Shown here in pieces: positions 40,075 through 53,229 of a DNA stretch of 64,000 nt. The translations under genes and the position numbers were made by a program. Each line of letters opens with the position of its first letter. Position 1 is the stretch's first letter. The stretch spans positions 69,566,001-69,630,000 of the forward strand of contig NC_087436.1 of NCBI RefSeq assembly GCF_036321535.1, given 5' to 3'. The stretch is from Camelus dromedarius. Taxonomy: Eukaryota. Under the pieces are notes generated by a model. The model was given only the letters and a program-made list of their open reading frames with translations. It did no database searches and was not told the origin of the DNA.

Positions 40075-42399
40075 CTAATATCAGTACAGGATCACGTTTC
40101 TCTCTAGTGGCTCATATCAAGATCTGCAGCTAGGTTTACTGTCTGACATTATTTCATATTTGGATTTCTGGCTTGGAGTGCAGCAAAAATCAAAGATGAT
40201 CAGAAAGTTTAAAGATAGTTCCATTAATTTTCTGTTATTTTCTGAAGCTCTGTAAGAGTGAGTGAATTTTTAAGTCCCATTTTTTGAAGCAATTCAAATA
40301 GTTAATCATATAAGAATTAATTTGAGAAACAATTTCTTTACATCAACTAAGTGCCAGACATAATATTCGTCACTGAACATACATACTTTGATCACAGGCA
40401 AATCTGATCTTCAAGGAGCTCACACTATCGTAATTAACAGAAAGTGTCATTAAAGATAGTGGTAAACTACAAAGGAAGTACTGAGAGGAAGAGTTAAGTG
40501 CCTGCACTTTCCCCATCCCTGATCAATTTCAGACAAGTTTTTGTCTGCAGCGTCATTCCCAACAGTTCTTGAACCAAAGCTGTTGGAGCTTGGTAGAAGA
40601 GAAGAATTTTAAGTTATTTTTCTTATGTTAAGATTGTTCCTCAAGAAAGTTCACTGTGTTATTATATCCCTTTCCATTAATTTCACAAGTGTGCTAATCC
40701 ACATGAAACCACTCCTTCCACGGTCACTACAGTGGGAATGGAATTCTGTGCTAAACTTCAGACACATTGGAAGAGATCCTGACATGTGTCCCAATTCTAT
40801 CTCCTTTAGGATCAGATGCTGTCCTTGGCCACTCCAGTTAATGGGGAAAATCTTATTTCAAAAAAGGAAAAGATCTAGAACCTCAAATCCCAACCTTCCC
40901 CCTCCTACCCACTGATTCATAAATATTACCACTAACACCCTTTTCTCCCATAGGAATGAATACTGCCCACAATTACACTCCAATTTGTCATGCTCTGCTG
41001 AATCTTGTAGTTTAATTAATGAGCACCCCTCCAGGAGGACCAACCCTACACATGGTTCAGTTCCTTTAATCCAGAGGTTACTCCTCTTTTCCTCCCAGCC
41101 TGGCAGACTATTAGAACAGATATTAACATAGCTCAAATGATGAGCGAAGGCTTCATACAAGAGATAATATTTGAGCTAGGCTTTAAAGGAAAAGTCAGCT
41201 TTCTCAAAAGGGCAAAATGGAAGGGAAGAAATATTCTAATTAGAGAGAAGAGCAGATATAAGACATCTAACCACTCTATAACTTAAAAATAATAATGTGC
41301 ATATATTGATATGAAATTATCTCTAAGACATTCTTGAGTGACAAAAACTCAGGAAAAAACAGTTCAGAGAATATGATCTCCTTAATGTTAAATTCACAAA
41401 TATAATTCTATATTTCTTAATATATGTATACATATCTTAGTATGTGTATACATACAGGCAAAATGCTGCAAATTGATTTGGAAAGATCTCTGAAAAAAAG
41501 ATGTGAAATTGGGCCGTACCAAAGAGTGACTTTGCTTCATGTAATTGTCTGAATTTCTAAAATGTGATGGTGTAGGATTGTGTGTATGTGTGTGTGTGTA
41601 TTAGTGTATTACTTGGGAAGTTAAAAACAACTTGTTGGGAAGAAAGAATAAAAATGCTCAGTAGAAGAAAAGAGTAGAGATTAAAAAGATAACCAGATGG
41701 CAAGACCGTAGAGAACATGTTTTTATATTTTTGTAAGGTTAAGCCTTTCTGAACAAAGAAATCTGGGACCTAGGTTAACAAACAAGCCTTGGCAGTTAAA
41801 AGACGACTGAGATTTACTCCCTGGGAAGTGTGTGTTAACATTGCAAAGAGGAATAAAATATGGAATCCAGGAAATTTTCCTGGGCTTGTAAAACTGGAGG
41901 CACAGGAGATATTTCCCTCCTGGAGACATTTATTTACGTTCCAAAGGATGCGACCCTTGAAACACTCCTTCATTTTCCAATTGTAATTTGTTTAAATTAA
42001 GGGAATTAACTCCCTTTCTCTCTCTGGACCAGAGGAGGGCAGCATGTAAATAAACTCATATTTATGTCTTAGGGTTTCACACCTGTAATACAAAAACTGC
42101 CTTTGTTCTTGCAGATGTCTGTCCAGTGATCACATTTCTTCAGAAGGTGAAAGAATTGGGCAAAAGGGAACTAGTAAGGTTATCATTGTAAGCAATAATA
42201 TCTCTGAACTCTGCTCCAGAAATTTTATATTTACTTTCAGATAATATGAGCAAATACAGGCATTAAAAACTTACCACAGCACCGATACTCAGTTTCACTG
42301 AGAGGTACAGTTTTGTGCCAGGGCTGAAGGTGGCTGTTTCCCAGGTGTTATTTTAAATCCCATCATTTTCAGAACGGAGAGTGAAAGACATTATTTTTA

Positions 42400-43810
42400 C
42401 TTTATTTGTTTTACACATATCTACTGAGGGCCTGGTAGGCACCAAAGTACAGCAGGAGATAAAAGCAGACCTAAATTCCCACAATCTGTTGAGATGAAGC
42501 AGACAATAGACAAAATAAATAAGTGAAACATTTAGAATATTGAATAGTAACTAGCATTAATGTCTAAAAAGTAAAGCAAGATGTTAAGGTGGGGAGTAGT
42601 TTATTTTATATATGGTGCCAGGAAAGTACTTTCTGTGTAGGTAGCATTTGAACAGAGATCTGAATGAGAAAGTGAGCGAGCCATGAAGATGTTTTGGGGA
42701 GGAGCATTCCAGAAAGAAGGCACAGCATGGACAAACATGCCAAGGCAAGGATGTGCCCAGTGTATTGGGGGAATAGCAAGGAGATTAGTACGGCTGGAGG
42801 AGAAAAGGGGACAAGCAGGAGGAGGTGAGGTAAGGGAGATGGGGATTATGGATTACAGAGGGGTTTGCAGCCCTCTGTAACATCTTCCATTTTTCTGGGA
42901 GAACTCATCACAGAGATCTGAGCAGAGGACTGAGCAATCTGGGTTCTATTTTAAAAGATCTACCCTGGAGACTACATTGAAAATAAGGGTGAGGTAGGAA
43001 GTGGGGGCAAGAATTGAAGCAGAAAGAATAGTTGGTAGTGTCCACTGAAAAGAATACACACACAATGCAAGAGCTGTGAGTTCAGTTTTATTTGGGGCTT
43101 TCTGAGGACTGTAGCCTGGGAGACAGCCTGTTGGATAACCCTGAGGAAACTGCTCCAGAGAGGTGGAGGGAGGTCAGTGTATACGTGATTTTGGTGAATT
43201 GTGTACACACATCTCCATAGAAGGACGCTGCTAGTCACAAGAAGAAAATGTCTCTGGTAATTACTTTAGTGCTTTTCAAGGTATGAGAAGATGCAAGAAT
43301 TTGGGTTCATAAAACTTTCTCCTGAAAATATCTAACTATCTGATGGTCTCTTCTGGCAGTTTTCCCAGAGCCTGGAGTGCCTCATTCCTGATCTCCACCC
43401 AGAACTCCTTTCAGGTTGTGTAACAGGTCAGGAACCCCAGTGGCTAATGACCTAAGCCTGGTAGAGTCAGAGGGTGAGGGACATTCATTAGTTGGCAGGA
43501 GTTTTTGCAATGGAACAAGCTGATTTGGTTGAAAATGGAAGTGATGGGATTGGTAAGAAGTAGCCATCGAGCTGAGAGGATTTGGGTATGGTAAGTGAGA
43601 GAGGAGAGTAAAGGATGATTCTGAGGTTTGGGGGCTGAGCAAATCAAAGAATTTTTATTTGGAATTCATTCAGTTGAGATACAAGCTTCAGGAAAGGGAA
43701 GATAGGAGTTCACTTTTGGACTCACTCATTCTGAGAGGTCAATTAGACATCTACATGGAGATGCATAGTGAACGTTTGATTTTTAGGAGAGATTCCAGCA
43801 TAGAGATAAC
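42400..43810 (-). mobile_element. L2 fragment split by an LTR
   Basis: catttgaacagagatctgaatga...gagcattccag...ggatgattctgaggtttgggggctgagc...gagaggtcaattagacatc. Confidence 0.65.
43039..43498 (-). mobile_element. ERV1-like solo LTR inserted in L2
   Basis: tgtccactgaaaag...gttttatttggggc...gaggaaactgctcc...ttagttggca, with TG/CA ends. Confidence 0.65.
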
Positions 43811-45759
43811 ACTCTACACTCTATAAATGGTTTATTCAGTTCTTCATGAAGTATAGCTTTCATTCAGTATTTTTGCTCAAGTATCACTTTCATAGGTATT
43901 TCTAGATCAATTTATATCAAATATAGCAATTTTGCCTAAACTTTAGCCCTTTACTCTTCATTATGGTTATTCACAGGATTTATCTCCACATGGCATATTA
44001 CACATTTGTAAGAATATTTGTTCTGTTCGGTTTTCTCTTTCCTTCCACCAGAATAAAATGTAGGCTTCATGAAAGCAGAGTATTTATTATTCATAGCAGT
44101 TTCCTTGGTAACTGCTTAGCACATAATAGTCAACCAATAAATACTTTTGAATCAAATCATAAATGATATTTATTTTGATGCTTATATATTTCACATGTTA
44201 ATATTTTGAGTAAATAATTACTCAAAATAATTGAGTAAAAGATTACAGGAATAAAATTTTTCCTATAACGTCTACCTAGGTGTCTAACTTTATTAGGTAT
44301 TAAACATTAATTTAATTAGAAAATAAAGAACTGAATGATTTGTCATTGACTTTTATTTAATACAACTATTTTTAACAACTTATTTTGCATATTTGTAGGT
44401 AAAGATGCTAAAAGCCTAGGGGAGCTATTGAACAGAGGGAACTGTCTGGGTATTCTGAGTGAGAGATTACATGGACTATACACGTACTTCCTAATATCTG
44501 GTGTTTCTTCTCTTCCTGGACATTTAGAAGACTGCATTTCTTGGCCACTTTGGAGAGAAGAGGGGCCATGTGACTTTCAGGCCAATGTGCTATAACCCAA
44601 GATGAAATGATGAAACATGACTCCCCTTGTTCTGTTCCTTTGCGGTAATAAAAGGAAACATTTCTTCAGAAGTTCTTAACCTGGGGTCTGTGAATAGAAT
44701 TTAGGGAGTCTGTGAACCCAAATGAGGAAAAAACAAACTATTTACTTTTTTGACCTCTAGATTAAATTTAGCACTGTTCTTTATTAGGAAAGTAGCAACA
44801 GGTCAAAATAGCTTTAGCAATATAAATAACTGTCACCAATAGAAATTAAAGATAACCTCAAGTCACAGTAAAGACTTTGCCTGTATTTGTATATTACCAT
44901 AAATGTAAGAGTATTAAAATTCTGTAACAATAGTAAAAAGTTTTAACTATAAAAGTCAACATTTTTAAGGTGAGAGTAAAGAGGATTTTGAAATGAAATT
45001 CTTAAGTACTTTTTAGATTCAAAAAAATTATACAAATGATAACACATATTGGGAACACAACTTGCTTTAAAATATACTGTGTAGACAGGAATGCTCCACA
45101 AAATAGCTTCTTCTTGGTTCATGCTTTCCTAGTGAAAGCCATTTTGATTTTCAAAACTCAAATTTCTTGAATGCCTCTCTCTCTATATATATTTTTTCTA
45201 TATACATATACAGTCCCTATATTGATTATATATTATTATACATTATATTACATATGTAATAAATAATACTATACAATATATGTTAGAATGTGTGCATTTT
45301 TGGCTCATGTTTACTTAAAGAATATTGATATTATATCCCCCCAAATTAAGACAATTCTGTTAGCAAAATAATGCTTTGAAAAAATCTTGTCATATCCTCC
45401 AAATAAAACTGATAAACACTGGAATTACATGTAGGTGTTTTGGAGTCAATATGGGGACTGTATGTGCTGGATGTTGTTTGAATTAAGACAACACTGTATC
45501 AAAGCATTTGTTTGCTAGCAACCATATTTATTGTGATTAGGAAACATATGTAACGTCTATATGTAATACATATACACTTTTTATTGTGTTTTGTTGTGTT
45601 TTCAGAAATCAGTTTTTTAGAGTTGATGTAATTTGTAATTTTTCCCATTGTGATATAGTCTTCAGCTAGTATATTCACACAGAGACTCTGATATTCTCTG
45701 ACAAGTTACTCATTACTCAACCCTGAGCAAATGTCTTTAGATAAACTCACAAACTAATA

Positions 45760-46447
45760 AGGGCATTATCTCATTTTCATCATGCTTCACTTTGTTGTGC
45801 TTTGCAGATATTGTATTTTTTACAAATTGAAAGTTTGTGGTAAGGCTGCATTAAGCAAATCTACTAATGTGATTTTTCCAACAGCATTTGCTCAATTTGT
45901 GTCTCTGTGTCACATTTTGGTAATTCTTGCAATATTTCAAACTTTTTCATTATTATTATACAGTTGACCCTTGAACAACATGGGTTTGAACTGAGAGGGC
46001 CCATTTATATGCTGATGTTTCTCAGTAAATTCATGCTACGGAACTACATTATCCAAGATTGGTTGAATCCACGGATGGAGAACCACAGATACTGAGGACC
46101 AACTGTGAAGCTACACTTAGATTTTCAACTGCATGGAGAGTCAACGCCCCTAAGCCCTGTGTTGTTCAAGGGTCAACTGTCTTTGTTATGGTGAAATGTG
46201 ATTGGTGATGTTCTACTATTGTCGTTGTTTGGGCATATTTTAGCAATAAAGTATTTTTTAATTATGGCATATGCATTATTTTTCTAGACATAATGCTACT
46301 GCACACTTAATAGACAACAGTTTGGCATAAACATAACTTTCATATGCAATGGGAAAACAAAAAATTATTGTGATTCATTTTATTGTGGTCTTTGTCTTTT
46401 GGGGATGGTATAGAACCAAATCTGCAGTATCTCCAAAGAATGCTTGT
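45760..46447 (+). mobile_element. Internally deleted Tigger1 derivative
   Basis: Both the Tigger1 5' part (ttttttacaaattgaaagtttgtgg...gtgtcacattttggtaattc) and the 3' part (gcaataaagtattt...cagtatctccaaagaatgcttgta) are present. Confidence 0.8.
45961..46179. mobile_element. Tigger2-derived MITE nested in Tigger1
   Basis: Perfect 20-bp terminal inverted repeats (TIRs) cagttgacccttgaacaaca / tgttgttcaagggtcaactg, preceded by TA. Confidence 0.85.
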
Positions 46448-49400
46448 ATAAGTATTTTACAATAAGCCAATATACATTTGGTTATATTTCTAACTTATAA
46501 ATTTTTCATTAGTAGAAATAAATATGCATTTCTATAACATACCCTTTTTCACTATTATCAAATATCATGCTGAGGTAGATGAAGAGTAAGCCAGATAAAA
46601 TATGCCACAATTTATATGCATAAAATAGTGCAACATGGCACAGATAATTTTAATAACAGCAAAATTGAGCAAACACTTACTATGGGCCAGGCATTGATTA
46701 TCTCATGTAATCCTAATAGCAATTGTTCACCAGGCCTCTCTAAGCTTAGATGACCATATCCATAAAGTGGGAATAATAAAATTACCTGGCCCAGAGGATT
46801 TATATCATAAGAGACACAAGACACCCAAGTCACAGTTTGTAAGCTGTACAGCAAAAATTCCAGATAGTTCTGAAGGCAAATATGTTGAAATGAGGTTATT
46901 TTCTGAGTTTGCAGATGGTTAATAATCTAATTTGAGATGATCTGAATATTAAACTAAAAGCATTTATCTAAGACTTCCTATAGTGGAATTCCTGTAATAA
47001 TATCAGGCTGTATATCCTACAATAAATAATTGCATTCATTTTTACTCTATTCCCATAGTGAACTAAGAAATGCCATGGGCAAAAACAGCCTAAAAACTAC
47101 ATGGTGTCTGTTAGCAAACCACTTTTACAAGAACGATTATTGAATTGCTCAGCAGGTGGAGTGGTGGATCAGAACCTACTTTTCATATCTATTGCCTCAC
47201 CCCTCATTAACCACCAGGGAAACTTCCCTGGCACAAATTTTACAGGTTAACAGAATCCACCCAGTCACAGGAAAAATATGAAAAGCTTGGTTCTGCTTGA
47301 GGACTCTTAGAAGAAGACAGCTTCAATGTTCAATATACGATGAGGCAGCATAATGCATAATGCATGCAACTGGTTTCAATTTCCATTGGAAGACTTGATC
47401 TGCCAGCCTGTGTCTGTAGAAATTTGAATCCTTTAGACATGTGATTAAATTTTAATGTGTAATATATGTTTTAATTCCTAAAACGTTTTTTCTCTTGTGT
47501 TTATCATCAAACTAGTGACTCCATTCATTGAAGAGCTACCACTTCCCTAATAATTTTCTATTAGCTCCAGCTTCAGAATCCACTGCTTCACAAAGTCGTA
47601 CAAATTGCATTTAGTTGCTAGTATTCCTTTTTGAAAATCCTCTGCAGGTTCCTGTCTCTTTTCTTTCATTTTAGGGATTATCATCGTCTCTTGGATATCC
47701 TCGTAGAGCAGGGGAAAGTGCCATGATCATTCTTCTCCCTGCAAAGTTTTACATGGTTGTGTCAGGCACCATAATACATCAAAAGGAAAACAAAATAACT
47801 TAGCTAATAGTTTGTAGCCTGATTGCTTATGGGGTCTATTTTATTTAGAGTTTTGAAAAGAATGCTTAAAGAATATTTTATAAGCCATTCCATGTTCAAC
47901 AAAGAATCCATGATACATTCAAACTTCACTTCCCCTAGCATTGTATTTTATTCTATAATTGAAAAATGTATGAATGAATGAATACATCTGTGAACTCTAT
48001 AAATATTTTGCTATATGAAAGAACATAAAATAAGAAAGGAAATATGAAACAGGGCTCTGGGAGTCATAAGAATAAGACATGAAAAAGCTACTGTGAAATA
48101 ATAAACTTGAAATGACCTTGAAAGATGTGTAGAATTTTAGCAGGCAAGGAGAATGGAAAGGTAATAACAGCCAAAGACAGCAGTATGAACAAATGCAGAA
48201 ATTAAAGGTTAGCAGACATTTGGGTTTGTCCAAAACCATGTGGCATGGACCAAATATGGTCATAGATGTCTTGGATAGAAGCAAATTTCAAGGACCTTTT
48301 GGCATGGACCAAATGTCTTATGGACCAAATGCTTATGGACTAAAATGCTTTATGGACATTTTGGACAGGACCAAATATTCTCAAAGGAAGTTAAAAAATC
48401 AAGGGCATTGTCCTAAAGCAATTATCAGTAGAGTGTCATAGAATACAAACTACTAAATACTGAGTAGGAGATAAAGTTTGCGAGATAATTGATTGTTTAT
48501 TGTGAATGGCCTTTTTGGCTTGACTCAGGAGATTTTACTTAATTTAGTAGTAAATATCTGTGAGTAATTACTGGAGAAGACAGATTGCAAAAGTGGAGAA
48601 ACCACATGTTCTGCGCTTAGGACACTTCAAAAGAAGGAAAAGAAACAGAGGAATTAAGACAATTGGGGACCTCATAAGGACACAAAATATATGTAAATAG
48701 ATATGTAAACTTGTGGAAATATGGAGAAAGAATGCTCCGTAAAGAAGAAAATGTTTACCAAAAAAGAAAATTAGAAGATTTCTTAGTTGTCATCTCAAGC
48801 TAGTTCAGAAAATACCAAGATTCTAATTGTTCAAACTCCTCCCATTACCCCCTATACACCCTCCTTTTTCTCTTATCCGATTGGCACTCAGTCCAAGTTC
48901 ACATTATCTTGAAATGTGTAACTTGTTATAAACAGTATAGGATGACAGAATTAATTTGACTTTGATTTTAAATCTTAATGGTTTTAAAACTGATAGCTAA
49001 GTCAAATAATCTCTTATGTCCTCTTCTAGCCTTTGATCTCAATTTCTACCAAATTGTTCTGAGCACTTCAGAAAGAACACCTTTGGTCCTTTTCATGTAT
49101 CCTGTCTTAAGCTGGATTTCAGAGTCTCTAAAGACCCAGTGCATGAGGGAATGTTTGTCTCTACAGGAAATTTTTCAAAATAAATGCAGTATGAATGATG
49201 GAATAAGAAAAACCAATATTACTCAAATCCACCTAAGTCAACGCCAAGATTTTTTTTCCAGAGGAAAACAGCACCATTATGTAAACAGAATAGTCTGTCA
49301 TCCCCCAAACCTGCTGATCAATTGGTATCACCAAATGTGAGAGAACCAGACATTAGTTGTCTTCTGATGTGATGCAATGTGAAATATAAAATTTTGTATG

Positions 49401-50206
49401 AAGTAGTCTTAAAAAATAATCAGCTTGAATTTAATATAACCTTTAGATCTAACTTCCAGTCTCCAGGATATATGGGGGATAAAAGAACAAGTTAACATAA
49501 CAGCAACCAAGAAAGCAATCAAAAACATTTGGAATGCAGGATTTCAAAATTCAGAAAGACTGGGTTTCTTCAACACATCAAAGACACGGACACATTGTAG
49601 GGAGAACCAGCAGCCAGTGAGGTGCTACAGCACAGGCTACTGGGCAATAAGCAATTTGTAACCATAGTCTTGGTTTGTGCCTTAGCAGGTGCCACTCCCT
49701 GATGACAGCTCCTCCTGTGATGCCATAGGATCTACTGGCTGCACTCCCTGCCAGTGTTTTCGGCATTGTGAGCTGTTCCCCAAAAAGCAGGACCCAGGGT
49801 TTTACAAAGAGAATGGTACAATCATGACTGAAACCTTTTCCTATAGCAGAATGCAATTTAGAGTAAAACGTTAACTACTGCAAAGCTGGGGGTTTCCACT
49901 GCACAGATTAATAACTGGATCCACTGCGGATAGGAGAGCAGTTACTGAACTTACCTTCCTGCCAGGTAGGACACCTAGAATTCAAGTGAAAGGGGAAGAC
50001 CCCTATACAGAAATTATTCACTGTGGTGTTGCTGGTGCAAGAGAACAGACAACATTCCATGTATTTGATGGAAACTGTGGGCGAGTGCAATTAGGGACTG
50101 TTTTGCAGAATCTAAGGTGCCTTACCATAAGGAAAAAAAATTAACTAGGTCTACGGGACACCACAGAATTCCAAAAAGAAATTATATCTTGGTTTATCTC
50201 CTAATT

Positions 50207-51027
50207 ACTGGTGCTGGCTGAGGCTGCCTGCCAGGTAGAGTGGGCCTGGCCCTCTGGAGCAGGAGCCTTTGGGGAGGAGCATTTGTGCCAGCCAGGGCGG
50301 GCCACCAGGTGGGGTGGGGCAGAATCCAGTCTGGAGGGACTGGCCAGAGTGGATGAGTTGGCAGTGTGGGTCCTCAGGGCTGGGGAACATGGTGTTATCT
50401 GGGTTGATAGTCATAGAAATGACACTCAAGTGCCAGAACAACTAGGTGGAAGGACAGTTTTAAAAAATGATACCTGCTAGTTCTTCTATCCTCAGAGAAA
50501 ATTCCACCAGATCCCTTCCCATCGGGCCCATGCACTAAAATTATTCAATGAATCTCCTTCTTGTATGACCCATGCACTTTTCATGCTGGTGCCTCTGCAC
50601 TGGGACTCAGAGTGAGTGAGTTTGTGTGTAAACCCTTCAAGAGTGGAGTCCTGGTTTTCCACAGCCCTTTTGGCTCTACCAGGTGTAAGTCCTGTTGGTT
50701 TTCAAAGCCAGACATTACGGTGGCTCATTTTCCTGATGCAGTTCTTCCTCAAGGGAGACCTCACGGTTGTGCTATCTCTCCCCTTCATGGGCTGGGATAT
50801 CGCCGGCATTGGGGGCAGCGTGAGTTCTGACTAAACTACATCTCTGCCCCTTCTACACGGCTTGACGTGGCCTCTTCTTTATACCCTTAGTTTTAAAAAA
50901 ATCTGTTTTGCTAGTCTTTGGGTCATTCTCAGAGACAGTGATTCTTTTTGTAGTTGTAGTTTTAATGTGTCTGTGGGAGGAGGTGAACTCAGGGTCTTCT
51001 TACTCCACCATCTTGGTCCAGAACCCA
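50207..51027 (-). mobile_element. L1 5'UTR fragment
   Basis: Minus strand begins ggttctggaccaagatggtggagtaagaagaccctgagttcacctcctcccac (caagatgg L1 start motif); GC-rich. Confidence 0.7.
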
Positions 51028-52682
51028 AGAGAGGAAGAGTCTTTAAAGATGCAGAGTCTTCAAAGACACTGAGTTGTCTCAGTAGAACAGAATTACCTCG
51101 GGACCAGAGTTGGCAGAAGCCAGCAGAAGGAAGTGCCTGTGGGAGCAGCTGTCCATTTAATCAGTGGGAGGCAGAATAGCTGCTCTGACTTTCCACTTCT
51201 GACATTGAAGTTTTCTCCCAGGCAAAAACTGGGAGTGAAGCTAGCTAAAATGGGAGTTCTGACAACAGAAATTTCTAGAACAAATATTATAGATGGAGAA
51301 GTGCCACCCAGGTAACTTAGGACCACTGGGGCAAATGCACTGACTTTGACAAACAGAAGCTAGCTACACACACTATAGAAAAGCACAGTGGATGCATGTC
51401 ACACTCTCTAGCTGTTAATTGTACAACATTACCACCAGAATACTGTTCAATAGACTTTATGGACTAATGATATGCAATATAGTGCATCATAGTCTAATAT
51501 AAACATCCAAAAGCATGATAGAGTGGCATCAAAATTACAAAAAGAAGCATTAACACCTGAAGAAAGTGGTCTATGCAGAAAACTCAAGAAAACTTTAAAA
51601 GATGAATAATTCATATGTCCATAATTGTTCATTAGGATGTTACAGCCATTTTAGACTGCTTTGAAAAAGAATTACTATTTTTAGATAAGGATCACATGAT
51701 CATTGACATTAAAAATTCTCTAGTGATTAGATAAAACTAGATTAAAATAAAATATGCAATGTAGAATAAACTACTTAGAAGATAAAGTAGAGAGATTTGG
51801 GGGGAGATTAGTGCAAAGGTCAAGAAGACATGAAATGTTAGACATTGTTAAGATTAAACTGAATATATATCTAGATATTTGAAAACTCAAATTAGTATCC
51901 CGGAAAGATAAACATGAAAGAATGCAATGCTCAGGAAATGAAAAGATAAACAGGAACATAATAGTTACCTTTTGAAAGAGCCATTATAGTCACAAGCAGT
52001 AAAAACACAAAACAAATTTTACCACATCTCAGTAAGAAACTTTCATAAATATATTTAGAAACAAACTAGGATATCTGCAAGGACTTTCTTCGTTCTACTT
52101 GCTGATAAGTGTTTTCTGTAAATTTAACCTTTCTTTCCATATTAAGACATAGATCTGAATCAGAAGGGGAAATTACAATTCATGGTGTGGACTCTGTGAG
52201 ATCCAAAAGCAGAGGTCAGTCAAACTACCTCTAATGTTGAGTAGGTAGAAAATTAATTGCTCTCTACATAAGCACAGTAGCATCTCACAGAAATGTTTTT
52301 TCCCCCACAGTGAAATAAAAAACAATGTGCGTAGAAGAATCGTATAAGTCCGTGGCATGAGCACAGACACAGGTGTAGGGCATTGAAGATGAGTAGTCAA
52401 GGAGAAAATTCAGAGCAGAGAGCCCTGTGGGCATCAGAGTAAAGGGTGGAGAGCATTGTGCAACATTATAACCAACAGACTGGTTCTGGGAGAAGAATTT
52501 AACTAAAACCCTGGTGAATGATGTGTCGGAATTTTACCTCGGGCAGATTAACTTCAGAGCGGCAGTGACTCAGCACAGGGCAAGTCAGCGATTCTCGAAT
52601 TCAGCCTGCTGAAGGGGTCAGGCTGTAAGGTCAAGGAAAGTTCCCAGCTCAGCCTCAATTTTGCCATTTCTGGAAAAATAAA

Positions 52683-53229
52683 TGTTATCCAAAAGGTAAA
52701 GACCCCGGTCCTTGTCATACCCAAAAGACAAGTTTACAGTTGGGAGACAGTGTGTTGTGTAAAGAAAAATTTTTAAAGGTTTATTTAAAAAGAAAAGAAA
52801 AGTACACCCTTAAGAGCAGGAGGCAGGCTGACCCAAGGGAGGAAAAGCTGCGGGTTTTGTCTCCCCTTTCTCTTACATCCTTGATCAGAGGTGGTCTCTT
52901 GATTGATTGACGGCTCTTGTCCCTGGAATGCTTAGTCACGTTTGGCCTCTTCGCACATGTCCTTACCCATGGTGTACACAGAAAATCCCACGGGGATGAA
53001 GGCTAAGCTGCAATGTTAATTATAATACGATGAACATCGGGACATGTCTGGTTAAGTCCTTTCTGCTACCACACAGTCATGGATGTCAGGTTCTAACCAG
53101 TTTCTTGCTGGCATTTATTTAGAAGTAACGTCCCTTTATGCTGGAGGTAGACATAATGCCATATTCCAGACCATCCTCCCTCTCCTCCACCTGTCTGCCC
53201 GGTGCCCCCACTTATCTAACGACCTAACA
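52683..53229 (-). mobile_element. Solo ERV LTR (retains several CpGs)
   Basis: tgtta...taaca inverted ends; AATAAA on the minus strand near 52780; CCAAT-like attgattg. Confidence 0.6.

Noticed and set aside
40095..40113. CTCF-like tctctagtggc
   Set aside because: The core has mismatches (CCACTAGAGAG) and the flanks are poor.
48193..48441. 82-aa ORF with GPN/MDQ repeats; superficially CRISPR-like repeats
   Set aside because: The ORF is a by-product of the short DNA repeats. Repeat length and spacing are irregular, there are no cas genes, and the DNA is mammalian.
49578..50130. Unique-looking segment with short ORFs, considered as a processed pseudogene
   Set aside because: No recognisable protein, poly-A tail or TSD; a BLASTX/Dfam search would be needed.
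50205..51326. Cluster of overlapping ORFs in GC-rich DNA
   Set aside because: It lies mostly in an L1 5'UTR fragment, several ORFs use non-ATG starts, and I recognise no protein similarity.
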